Shown: positions 49,485 to 58,642 of the stretch, one piece after another
Layout of the letters: each line of letters begins with the position of its first letter
Numbering within the stretch: the stretch's first letter is position 1
IMG/VR virus record: IMGVR_UViG_3300025383_000009
Source: a virus
Lineage: Duplodnaviria; Caudoviricetes
Length of the DNA stretch: 64,000 bases
Reading direction: 5' to 3' (one strand)
Made by a program: the position numbers and the translations under genes
Notes under the pieces: generated by a model
Databases searched by the model: none
What the model saw: only the letters and a program-made list of their open reading frames with translations
What the model was told of the DNA's origin: nothing

Positions 49485-50269
49485 TAAATTTTATCCTGTG
49501 GATGCTCAACACCTTGAGACCAATCATATAGATTTAAAACATAATGACCTATAGCATGGTTATCAAGTAAACTGAATTTTTTATTTTTAACACCTCTGAT
49601 AAAGCCACGCCATACATCTTTAGTCAATTGCCATCCACTAAAACTTCTCAAATTGCCCCAATGGTTCATGTAATACATTCCACCAAAATGTTTATAAGGC
49701 CAAACAGGAACACGAGGAACCATATCTGTATTGTTTACAAATCTAAAATGTAATACACCTGTGTTTGTAATGCCTTCAATATACTCATGTGTTCCAACTC
49801 TTGGACTTCCATAAGTAAATAATGCTTGAGCACTTGGTAAATTTTCATCTCTTTGTAGTTTATAAGCTACAATAGTTGCCATCGCTGCACCTAAACTATG
49901 ACCGGTACACCAGATGGTTCTTTTCTTACCTAATTCTTTTAACATTGGTTCTAATGTTGGCCAAATATTATCTACACTATGTTTAAAACCATAATGAACT
50001 AAACCTTTGCCTGTTGAACTTGGAACAGGATTAGCTTCTAAATCTGCCGCTAAATCTCTCCAATCAGTTGGTTGTGTGCCTCGGCAAACAACGATTGCAT
50101 CTTCATCATTAGTCAATAAATAAGCTTGACTTCCATTGCAATCAAAGAACTCACTTCTAAAACCTAACTCATCAAATTTGGGTTTTGAATCGAATGGATC
50201 CGAATATGCTAAATTGCTTAATACAGCAAATAAATGAGCTTGTTTTGGAAAAGGCATTACTTTAATCAT
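49484..50269 (-). CDS. Class 3 lipase (alpha/beta hydrolase)
   Basis: VVCRGT, VHYGF, GHSLGAA, TYGSPRVG and NNTDMVPRVP; AAGGA RBS before ATG 50269. Confidence 0.9.
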   Translation of the reverse strand: MIKVMPFPKQAHLFAVLSNLAYSDPFDSKPKFDELGFRSEFFDCNGSQAYLLTNDEDAIVVCRGTQPTDWRDLAADLEANPVPSSTGKGLVHYGFKHSVDNIWPTLEPMLKELGKKRTIWCTGHSLGAAMATIVAYKLQRDENLPSAQALFTYGSPRVGTHEYIEGITNTGVLHFRFVNNTDMVPRVPVWPYKHFGGMYYMNHWGNLRSFSGWQLTKDVWRGFIRGVKNKKFSLLDNHAIGHYVLNLYDWSQGVEHPQDKI

Positions 50270-50270
50270 T

Positions 50271-50549
50271 TTAATCCTTTCTAGCGTCGTTTTTGCCATC
50301 TGCTCTAGCAATACGATCCAAATCAGGACGAACTTTTAAAGCGTTAGACATTAAAGTATCAATTCTAATAATATCATGATTCATGGTTTTAACTCTATTG
50401 TCCAAAGCTATAATTATACCATTTAAGCCCTTGACTCTTGAGAGAACTCCTGCGAGGATAAACTTTACAGTTAAAAAGATGAAATAACCACCAGCACAAG
50501 CAGCGGCTATTGGAAAACCCAAATCGGCAATTAACTTAAATATATCCAT
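50271..50549 (-). CDS. Small single-TM coiled-coil protein (paralog A)
   Basis: LIADLGFPIAAACAGGYFIFLTVKF...KTMNHDIIRI. Confidence 0.7.
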   Translation of the reverse strand: MDIFKLIADLGFPIAAACAGGYFIFLTVKFILAGVLSRVKGLNGIIIALDNRVKTMNHDIIRIDTLMSNALKVRPDLDRIARADGKNDARKD

Positions 50550-50594
50550 ATTAACTTGACATTCATGAATGATTATTGTATAATCCTTGATAAG

Positions 50595-50602
50595 TATTTA
50601 TA
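50595..50602 (-). promoter_or_regulatory. Late promoter TATAAATA heading the curli/FecR operon
   Basis: Exact consensus in the divergent intergenic gap. Confidence 0.7.
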
Positions 50603-50618
50603 TAACTAGGAGAGTCAA

Positions 50619-50930
50619 ATGGAAGTAATTGCATTCAAATTAATCACAGGTGAAGACGTTTTAGGCGAAGTAGAAAGTCAGTCTGAAACAGAATTCGTTG
50701 TTTTAAATCCAGTAGGTATTTCAATTGTTCGAGGACAAGATGGTAAACCAAACGTAGGTTTTTCGCCTTTTCCACTCCATGCAGAACAAAAGAAAGATGC
50801 CACAGTCATTTTAAGTAAAAGAAACGTAGTATATAACTATGTTCCAGCAGAAGACTTTATCACAAACTATAAACAAATATTTGGGGCAGGTTTAGTTGTT
50901 CCACCACAAAAGAAAATCATCACAGGATAA
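50619..50930 (+). CDS. Conserved small T4-like protein (Sm-like pattern)
   Basis: FKLITGEDVLGEV...VLNPV...FSPF; GGAG RBS. Confidence 0.7.
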   Translation: MEVIAFKLITGEDVLGEVESQSETEFVVLNPVGISIVRGQDGKPNVGFSPFPLHAEQKKDATVILSKRNVVYNYVPAEDFITNYKQIFGAGLVVPPQKKIITG

Positions 50931-53461
50931 TGAGTAACTTTTACACTAATGTTCAAAGTTTTGGCAATAACATTCTCTATCGAGGTGTTATGGATGGCAA
51001 AAGAGTAAAACAGAGAATTGAATATTCTCCATCTCTTTTTGTTCCATCCAAACGTATAACAAACTTCACAACACTTGAAGGTGATTACCTCGACCAAAAA
51101 GTATTTGGTACCATGAAAGACGCTAGAGATTATATCAAACAATTCGATGGTGTGTCAAATGGTCCTAAAATATATGGTAATACAAAATATGAGTATGCGT
51201 TTATTGCCGACCAACACAAAGGTATGGTTGAATGGGACCAAGATAAGATATCAATTGCAGTAATCGATATTGAAGTTGGTTCTGAAAATGGTTTCCCAGA
51301 CCCATACGAAGCAAATGAACCTATTATTGCTATTGCTGTTAAGTATCTCAATGGCGAAATGTATGTCTTTGGTCTTGGTGCATATGAAACTCAAGGTAAA
51401 GAAATCTATGTTAAATGCCGTGATGAATATACATTGTGTAAAAGATTTATGGAACTATGGACAAGAAAATGTCCAGATATCGTAACTGGATGGAATACAA
51501 AATTCTTTGATATACCATACATCATCAATCGATTTAGAAGAATACTTGGTGAAGATGAGGCAAAGAAACTTTCTCCATGGAATTATATTGGTGAAAGAAA
51601 AACTGTTGTGAACAATCGTCAGATGATTGCCTATGATATTCTTGGTGTTTCTTCTTTAGACTACATTGAACTATACAGATGGTATGCTCCTGGTGGCAAG
51701 TCACAAGAATCCTATAAACTTAATTCTATTGCATCAGTTGAACTTGGTGAAGAAAAGATATCATATGATGAATATGATTCTCTACATGATTTATACAAAA
51801 TGAACCATCAAAAGTTTATTGAATATAATATCAAAGACGTAGAACTTATTGTTTCATTGGAAGACAAATTAAAACTCATTGAACTTGGTTTAACTTTGGC
51901 ATATGATACAAAATCAAACTATGATGATATCTTTGCACAAACTAGAATGTGGGATTCATTAACATATTCTTATTTGCTTGAAAAGAACATCATTGTTCCA
52001 CCTAAAGTTGTTAAAGATAAAGATTCAGCATTTGAAGGCGCATATGTAAAAGACCCACAAGTAGGCAAGCATGATTATATCGCCAGCTTTGACCTAAATT
52101 CACTCTACCCCCACCTCATGATGCAATTCAATATCTCACCTGAAACACTTATTGATCCAGAAGATTATACAGATGAGATGAGAGAAGTGTTATCTCAAGG
52201 TGTTAATGTTGATAAGTTATTATATAAAAAGATTGATACATCAAAACTCCAAAACGCAACACTTACTCCAAATGGTCAATTCTTTAGAACTGATATGATG
52301 GGTTTCTTACCAAAGATGATGGAAGAAATGTATGAAGATAGAAAGAAATTTAAAAAATTAATGTTAAAGGCGAAACAAGATTATGAAGACGAAACAGATG
52401 ACACGAAAAAGTATGAAATTGAAAAACGAATTGCAAGATACGATAATCTTCAACTTGCTAAGAAAGTTTCTCTTAATAGTGCTTACGGTGCTCTTGGTAG
52501 TCAGTATTTTAGATTCTACGATTTACGCATGGCTTTGGGAGTAACAACATCTGGTCAATTAGCAATTCGTTGGATTGAAAACAAACTCAATGACTATATG
52601 AACAAGTTATTACAAACTGAAACAGATTATGTTATTGCTTCAGATACAGATTCAATTTATCTTAAACTTGGTCCTATCGTTGATAAATTCTGTAAAGATA
52701 AGTCGATTGAACAAACTATTCAATTCATGGATAAAATCTGTGAAGATAAGATTCAGCCATACATTGATAAGTCTTATGGCGAACTAGCAGATTATCTCAA
52801 GGCATATTCCCAAAAGATGCAAATGAAACGAGAAGCGTTGGCTAACAAAGGTATTTGGACTGCTAAGAAACGATACATTCTCAATGTGTTTAATAACGAA
52901 GGTGTTGCTTATAAAGAACCAAAGATGAAAGTCATGGGTCTTGAGATGATTAAGTCATCAACACCATCTGCCATTAGAACAAAGATGGCAGAAGCAATTA
53001 AACTTATGATGATTGGCTCTGAAAACGATATACATGAGTTTATTAAAAAGTTTAAAGAAGATTTCAAAAAGTTACCACCAGAAGAGATTTCTTTTCCTCG
53101 TGGCATCAATGGTTTAAATAAATACTCTGATGCTGTGACTTTATATAAATCAGGAACACCGATTCATGTAAAGGGAGCAATCTTATATAATAACTTTATT
53201 AAACAAAATAAACTAACAAAAAAATACAATCTCATACAAGAAGGCGAAAAGATAAAGTTTGCTTATTTGAAAATGCCTAATCACTTTAAGGATACTGTTA
53301 TATCCTATCCTAGCAGATTACCTAAAGAATTAAATTTACATGATTATATTGATTATGATATGCAATTTGAAAAAGCATTCATAGAGCCAATTAAAATCAT
53401 TCTTGATTGTATGGGTTGGACAACAGAAAAGATTAACACTTTGGAGGATTTCTTCTCATGA
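50930..53461 (+). CDS. gp43: Family B DNA polymerase gp43
   Basis: DIEVGSE, SFDLNSLYPHL, KVSLNSAYG and ASDTDS motifs; no intron or intein evident. Confidence 0.97.
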   Translation: MSNFYTNVQSFGNNILYRGVMDGKRVKQRIEYSPSLFVPSKRITNFTTLEGDYLDQKVFGTMKDARDYIKQFDGVSNGPKIYGNTKYEYAFIADQHKGMVEWDQDKISIAVIDIEVGSENGFPDPYEANEPIIAIAVKYLNGEMYVFGLGAYETQGKEIYVKCRDEYTLCKRFMELWTRKCPDIVTGWNTKFFDIPYIINRFRRILGEDEAKKLSPWNYIGERKTVVNNRQMIAYDILGVSSLDYIELYRWYAPGGKSQESYKLNSIASVELGEEKISYDEYDSLHDLYKMNHQKFIEYNIKDVELIVSLEDKLKLIELGLTLAYDTKSNYDDIFAQTRMWDSLTYSYLLEKNIIVPPKVVKDKDSAFEGAYVKDPQVGKHDYIASFDLNSLYPHLMMQFNISPETLIDPEDYTDEMREVLSQGVNVDKLLYKKIDTSKLQNATLTPNGQFFRTDMMGFLPKMMEEMYEDRKKFKKLMLKAKQDYEDETDDTKKYEIEKRIARYDNLQLAKKVSLNSAYGALGSQYFRFYDLRMALGVTTSGQLAIRWIENKLNDYMNKLLQTETDYVIASDTDSIYLKLGPIVDKFCKDKSIEQTIQFMDKICEDKIQPYIDKSYGELADYLKAYSQKMQMKREALANKGIWTAKKRYILNVFNNEGVAYKEPKMKVMGLEMIKSSTPSAIRTKMAEAIKLMMIGSENDIHEFIKKFKEDFKKLPPEEISFPRGINGLNKYSDAVTLYKSGTPIHVKGAILYNNFIKQNKLTKKYNLIQEGEKIKFAYLKMPNHFKDTVISYPSRLPKELNLHDYIDYDMQFEKAFIEPIKIILDCMGWTTEKINTLEDFFS

Positions 53462-54444
53462 TATTTTTCACATTTTTAGCTGCATTCTTATTATCAAGTA
53501 TAGCAGCTTATTATTCAGTCATAGGTTTAGCAAAGATATTCGTTGGTGCTTTTTGGCCAATCGTATTCATGGGTTCAGTTTTAGAATTTGCTAAATTAGT
53601 AACCGCTTCATGGTTATATCGTAATTGGAAAACAGCACCAGTATTATTAAGAACATATTTAACTATTGCTGTTTTAATTCTAATGCTAATCACATCAATG
53701 GGTATTTTTGGTTTCTTAGCAAAAGCACATATTGATTCTACAATTTCAACTGGTGAAAATACTGTTGAATTAAGAACATTAAACCAACAAGAAAAGATTA
53801 CACATGATAGATTAGACTATCTTCTTGCTCGTGCTAAAGACCCATCAACAGCAAGTAATAAACTTGATAGACAAATTCAAGAAACACAAAAAGAATTATC
53901 ATCAATCAATAAACAAAGATTGCCATTATTAAGTCAAGAGAATAAACAACTTGCCGATATTGGTCCAATCAAATATGTTTCCGAATTAATTTACGGTACA
54001 GATGATATAAATGGTGTAGATAAGGCTGTCCGCTTGGTAATCATGATAATAATGGTTGTATTTGACCCCTTAGCTGTGTTATTATTGGTAGCTGCTAATA
54101 TGGGAATAGCGGCAAAGAAAGAAGAAGAAAAGCCAGAAGGTTGGAAACAAGTTTGGCAACCGGTAAGTGAAGACCCATGGCATGATGAACCTAAAGAACA
54201 AGTAAAAGAACCGGAAGTAGAGAAACAAAACGATACAATTGAAGTTGAAAAAAAGAATGTAGCAAAAATAGATACACCTGAGCCGTCTATTGTAATAGAT
54301 GGTGCTTCAGGTGAAACTATTCCGCCATTATACGAAACAAGAATGGTTCATAATGGCCACGGAAGATTTGAAGAGCAATCAGTTCCAATTCAAACATATG
54401 ATGAGAAAGTTGAATTGGCTTTTAAGGAAAAAAAGGAGAAGTAA
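53458..54444 (+). CDS. Membrane protein with coiled coil
   Basis: Three N-terminal TMs, ITSMGIFGFLAKAH and IMVVFDPLAVLLLVA. Confidence 0.7.
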   Translation: MIFFTFLAAFLLSSIAAYYSVIGLAKIFVGAFWPIVFMGSVLEFAKLVTASWLYRNWKTAPVLLRTYLTIAVLILMLITSMGIFGFLAKAHIDSTISTGENTVELRTLNQQEKITHDRLDYLLARAKDPSTASNKLDRQIQETQKELSSINKQRLPLLSQENKQLADIGPIKYVSELIYGTDDINGVDKAVRLVIMIIMVVFDPLAVLLLVAANMGIAAKKEEEKPEGWKQVWQPVSEDPWHDEPKEQVKEPEVEKQNDTIEVEKKNVAKIDTPEPSIVIDGASGETIPPLYETRMVHNGHGRFEEQSVPIQTYDEKVELAFKEKKEK

Positions 54445-54445
54445 A

Positions 54446-54778
54446 ATGAAGAAGTTGTTGATTGGTTTATTATTAGTGTCAAGCACAGCAATGGCACATG
54501 AACACGGTGGTTTCCGTGGTGGTTATGGCGGATATCATGGTGGTTATCATGGAGGTTATCATAATGGCGGTATGGGTTGGGTTGGACCAGCATTAATTGG
54601 TGGAGTAATTGGTTATGAATTAGCACAACCAAGATATTATGCACCTCCGGTAGTTATAGCACCATCTACACCATCTGTAGCGTGTCCATATCCATACCAA
54701 GCGATATATAATACAGTAATACAATATGATGCTTACGGAAGAAGTTATACAACACAACAATTCGTAGGATGTAGATAA
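54446..54778 (+). CDS. Secreted Gly/His/Tyr- and Pro-rich small protein
   Basis: MKKLLIGLLLVSSTAMA signal peptide; GGYHG repeats; start reassigned to ATG 54446. Confidence 0.65.
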   Translation: MKKLLIGLLLVSSTAMAHEHGGFRGGYGGYHGGYHGGYHNGGMGWVGPALIGGVIGYELAQPRYYAPPVVIAPSTPSVACPYPYQAIYNTVIQYDAYGRSYTTQQFVGCR

Positions 54779-54801
54779 TAATTAAATTTGAAAGGTAGAT
54801 T

Positions 54802-55884
54802 ATGAGTATTCTTGACAAGATTAAGAAAAATAGTAGTATCAAAGAAGCCGCCATTTTATCAAAGTCTAAATTTTTTACAGACAAAGATATGATACCAACT
54901 TCGGTGCCGATTATCAATGTGGCACTATCTGGTAAATTAGATGGCGGTTTAACACCAGGTCTTACAATGTGGGCAGGCCCATCAAAACACTTTAAGACCG
55001 CATTTTCACTTTTGATGGCTAAATCTTACTTGGACAAATATCCTGATGCTGCCTTATTATTCTATGATTCAGAGTTCGGTTCCCCACAATCTTATTTCGA
55101 GTCCTTCGGCATTGATCCAAATCGTGTGCTTCATACTCCTCTTACAGATATTGAGGAATTAAAATTTGACATTATGCAACAATTATCTAATCTTGAAAGA
55201 GATGATAGATTAATTATTGTTATTGATTCTATTGGTAATCTTGCTTCAAAGAAAGAAGTTGAAGATGCACTAGAACAAAAATCTGTTGCTGATATGTCAA
55301 GAGCAAAACAAGTTAAATCATTATTCAGAATGGTTACACCACATTTAAATCTTAAAAATATTCCAATGATTGTTGTCAATCACACATATAAAGAAATTGG
55401 TATGTTCCCTAAAGATATCGTTGGTGGTGGAACAGGTTCATATTATTCTGCTGATAATATCTTTATTCTAGGTCGTCAGCAAGAAAAAGAAGGCACGGAA
55501 GTGATTGGTTATAACTTTATTATTAATGTGGAGAAATCAAGATATGTTAAAGAAAAAAGTAAGATACCTGTTACCGTTTCGTTTGAAGGTGGCGTTAGCC
55601 GTTGGTCAGGTTTACTTGACCTTGCGCTTGAAGGCAACTTCGTTGTTAAACCTTCAAATGGTTGGTATTCGCAGGTTGATACGGAAACCGGTGTTGTGGA
55701 AGAGAAGAAATACCGTATAAAAGAAACTGACACTAAAGAATTTTGGATGCCAATTTTAACAAATAAGAAGTTCCGTGAATTTGTTGAAAACAAATATAGA
55801 GTGGCATCAGCAGAAATTATGCAAGGTGGTCATGAAAATCTTTTTGCTGAAATTAAAACAACTAACGGAGCAGATGATGATTGA
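54802..55884 (+). CDS. uvsX: RecA-like recombinase UvsX
   Basis: AGPSKHFKT, FYDSEFG, IDSIGNLASKKE and GGTGSYYSAD motifs. Confidence 0.96.
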   Translation: MSILDKIKKNSSIKEAAILSKSKFFTDKDMIPTSVPIINVALSGKLDGGLTPGLTMWAGPSKHFKTAFSLLMAKSYLDKYPDAALLFYDSEFGSPQSYFESFGIDPNRVLHTPLTDIEELKFDIMQQLSNLERDDRLIIVIDSIGNLASKKEVEDALEQKSVADMSRAKQVKSLFRMVTPHLNLKNIPMIVVNHTYKEIGMFPKDIVGGGTGSYYSADNIFILGRQQEKEGTEVIGYNFIINVEKSRYVKEKSKIPVTVSFEGGVSRWSGLLDLALEGNFVVKPSNGWYSQVDTETGVVEEKKYRIKETDTKEFWMPILTNKKFREFVENKYRVASAEIMQGGHENLFAEIKTTNGADDD

Positions 55885-56200
55885 AGGCGTTGATTACTGC
55901 TTCATCTACCCAAAAGAAGATGAAAAGTCGGTACATATAAAGTTTCTAGACGGTCCTTATAAAGATACCTTATTCAAATATGGTAAGGTTAAATTTGAGG
56001 AAAAGAATGAGCAAATGTATTTACTTTTTGGCTACGATGTGTTAGAATCCAAGGTAGATAAACCTAGGAAGTTAGAAAAAGATGAAACATTTAAAAACTA
56101 TATTGGTGATTTGCTTGTTGAAATCATGTCATCAAACATTGAGCAGGATATAACTGATGAAACTGGAACAAACGATATTAAAGAATCTGATTTACAATGA
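55874..56200 (+). CDS. Conserved hypothetical protein
   Basis: GPYKDTLFKYGKVKF...FKNYIGDLLVEI; lies between uvsX and gp41. Confidence 0.7.
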   Translation: MMIEGVDYCFIYPKEDEKSVHIKFLDGPYKDTLFKYGKVKFEEKNEQMYLLFGYDVLESKVDKPRKLEKDETFKNYIGDLLVEIMSSNIEQDITDETGTNDIKESDLQ

Positions 56201-57524
56201 AGACTACTTACGAAAAGTATTACCATTTCTAAAGGCGGAATATTTTGCTGACAAATCAGAAAAGATTCTTTTTGAAGAAACGGAAAAATTTACTACCTCG
56301 TATAATGCCGCACCGACTATCGAGGCGCTTTCAATCGCTGTTAAGGAGAAATCAGCACTCACAGCTGAAGAAGTTGAGAAATCTGAAAATCTTCTCAGCG
56401 AGATTCGCAAAGATAGCCAAGATAAAACGGAGATACAATGGCTAATTGATAAGACTGAAAAGTTTTGTCAAGAGAAAGCCGTCTATAATGCCGTTCTAAA
56501 TTCAATTACTATTCTTGACGGCAAAGATAAAACTCACGATAAAGGCGCAATACCTCAAATTCTTGCTGATGCACTATCAGTATCTTTCGACAGAAATGTT
56601 GGTCATGATTATTTGGAGAACTCCGATGAACGATTTGAATTCTATCATAGAAAAGAAGAAAGAATTCCATTTGATTTGGAATACTTTAACAAAATTACGA
56701 ATGGCGGTCTACCGTCAAAGACACTCAATATTGCTTTGGCTGGAACAGGAGTCGGTAAGAGCTTGTTTATGTGCCATGTTGCTGCTTCTTGCATGGTTCA
56801 AGGTAAGAATGTTCTTTATATCACTTTAGAAATGGCGGAAGAAAAGATTGCTGAACGAATTGATGCTAATCTTCTCAACGTAACACTAGATGATTTGAAA
56901 GAATTACCTAAAGACATCTATGATAAGAAAGTATCCAAAGTCAGAGATATGACTACAGGCAAACTTATCATTAAAGAATATCCGACCGCTTCAGCATCTG
57001 CTATTCATTTCAGGACATTATTAAATGAACTCAATCTTAAAAGGAATTTTATTCCTGATATTATCTTTATTGATTATCTTAATATTTGTTGTTCCGCTAG
57101 AATCAAACCTGGCGCCTCAATCAACTCTTACACATATGTTAAAGCCATTGCTGAAGAATTACGTGGTCTTGCCGTAGAAACTAATGTGCCGATTGTTTCA
57201 GCAACTCAAACGACAAGAAGTGGTTATACAAGTTCCGATCCAGGCCTTGAAGATACTTCCGAATCATTTGGTTTACCAGCAACTGCCGATTTGATGTTTG
57301 CTTTGATTGCTTCAGAAGAACTTGATGAACTTGGCCAAATTATGGTTAAACAATTAAAAAATCGATATGCTGATCCAACACATTATAAGAGATTTACAGT
57401 TGGTATTGACCGTGCTAAAATGAAACTCTATGATATTGAACAATCTGCTCAAACAGGTCTTGCTGATGCTGGTCATGGTCATCAAAAACCACAAACGAAG
57501 AAATTTGAAGGCTTTAAAGTATGA
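56157..57524 (+). CDS. gp41: Replicative helicase gp41
   Basis: ALAGTGVGKSL, YITLEMAEE, IDYLNIC and SESFGLPATAD motifs. Confidence 0.96.
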   Translation: MKLEQTILKNLIYNEDYLRKVLPFLKAEYFADKSEKILFEETEKFTTSYNAAPTIEALSIAVKEKSALTAEEVEKSENLLSEIRKDSQDKTEIQWLIDKTEKFCQEKAVYNAVLNSITILDGKDKTHDKGAIPQILADALSVSFDRNVGHDYLENSDERFEFYHRKEERIPFDLEYFNKITNGGLPSKTLNIALAGTGVGKSLFMCHVAASCMVQGKNVLYITLEMAEEKIAERIDANLLNVTLDDLKELPKDIYDKKVSKVRDMTTGKLIIKEYPTASASAIHFRTLLNELNLKRNFIPDIIFIDYLNICCSARIKPGASINSYTYVKAIAEELRGLAVETNVPIVSATQTTRSGYTSSDPGLEDTSESFGLPATADLMFALIASEELDELGQIMVKQLKNRYADPTHYKRFTVGIDRAKMKLYDIEQSAQTGLADAGHGHQKPQTKKFEGFKV

Positions 57525-58633
57525 TAAGTTTACATAGAGAAGATGCTTTACATTGTTCTAAAGTGTTCCAAGATTACTTCGATAATTTTGAGAATATAGA
57601 ACAATACATGAGAGATGAAAAACTAAAGCATGTAGAAAGTATTCCATCATCTTTATTTCCGCCAGAAGATGATTTGTTTTCAGACTTTTCTATGCATCCA
57701 AATGATATGGATATCGAAGTTTGTGAATTACCAAATGAAACATGGGAAACACTTTTGGCAATAACATCATCTCATGTTAATAAAGCACCAGTTGGCAGAA
57801 ATATACAATTGGCAGTTAGAGAGAAAAACACAGGAAAGATACTAGGATTCATTCGTTTAGGTTCTCCAGTCATTTATATGAGACCAAGAAATGAAATGCT
57901 AGGACAAGTGTTCTCGCAAACAACGGAGGGTGCTAAACTCTTTAATGACAGCAGTATTATGGGTTTTGTGATTGTTCCATCTCAACCATTTGGTTTCAAT
58001 TATCTAGGTGGTAAATTACTAGCTGCCATTTGCACATCACATACCGTTAGAGAGATATGTAATAAAAAATATGGTATGAATCTGTGTCTATTTGAAACTA
58101 CCAGTCTTTATGGTAGTAGTAAAGCGGTATCTCAATATGACGGTATGAAACCATTCATTCGATTTAAAGGTTTAACTGATTCGGATGTTGTACCAATGAT
58201 GCACGGTGAAAGATATAATGACTTAAAGACTTTTGTTGAAAGCAAAGTTGGTGACATATTAGAAGGTGAAGAATCATCTACTAGTAGAAAGTTAAGAACA
58301 TTTACCAAGATTATTGCTATGACTAAAGCTGCATTAAAAGGAACACCAGAAGGTGATACATTCTTGAAGACGATTGAGAATGCTAAAAGTCTAACAGAAA
58401 AGAAAAGATATTTTGTTTCAGACTATGGTTTTAAGAATATGGTTGATTTTGTCAATGGCAAAGCAGATACATTAATACCTGGTGAAAACTACGAAAAGCA
58501 TGAATTAAACAATATTATTGCTTGGTGGAAGAATAAGGCATCTAATCGTTATGATACATTGAAAGCGGAAGGTCGATTAAGAACAGAACTCGAAGTTTGG
58601 ACATCTGGTAAAGACATACAAATTATTAGATAA
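57521..58633 (+). CDS. DUF4338/DruA-like protein
   Basis: GFIRLGSP, VPSQPFGFNYLGGKLLA and ETTSLYG...SQYD motifs. Confidence 0.55.
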   Translation: MISLHREDALHCSKVFQDYFDNFENIEQYMRDEKLKHVESIPSSLFPPEDDLFSDFSMHPNDMDIEVCELPNETWETLLAITSSHVNKAPVGRNIQLAVREKNTGKILGFIRLGSPVIYMRPRNEMLGQVFSQTTEGAKLFNDSSIMGFVIVPSQPFGFNYLGGKLLAAICTSHTVREICNKKYGMNLCLFETTSLYGSSKAVSQYDGMKPFIRFKGLTDSDVVPMMHGERYNDLKTFVESKVGDILEGEESSTSRKLRTFTKIIAMTKAALKGTPEGDTFLKTIENAKSLTEKKRYFVSDYGFKNMVDFVNGKADTLIPGENYEKHELNNIIAWWKNKASNRYDTLKAEGRLRTELEVWTSGKDIQIIR

Positions 58634-58636
58634 ATA
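58629..58636 (+). promoter_or_regulatory. Late promoter variant GATAAATA
   Basis: 6 nt before the next ATG. Confidence 0.55.
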
Positions 58637-58642
58637 AGGCTT

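Noticed and set aside
50930-57524. Possible introns or inteins in gp43, uvsX and gp41
   Set aside because: All are uninterrupted and of normal length with contiguous motifs.
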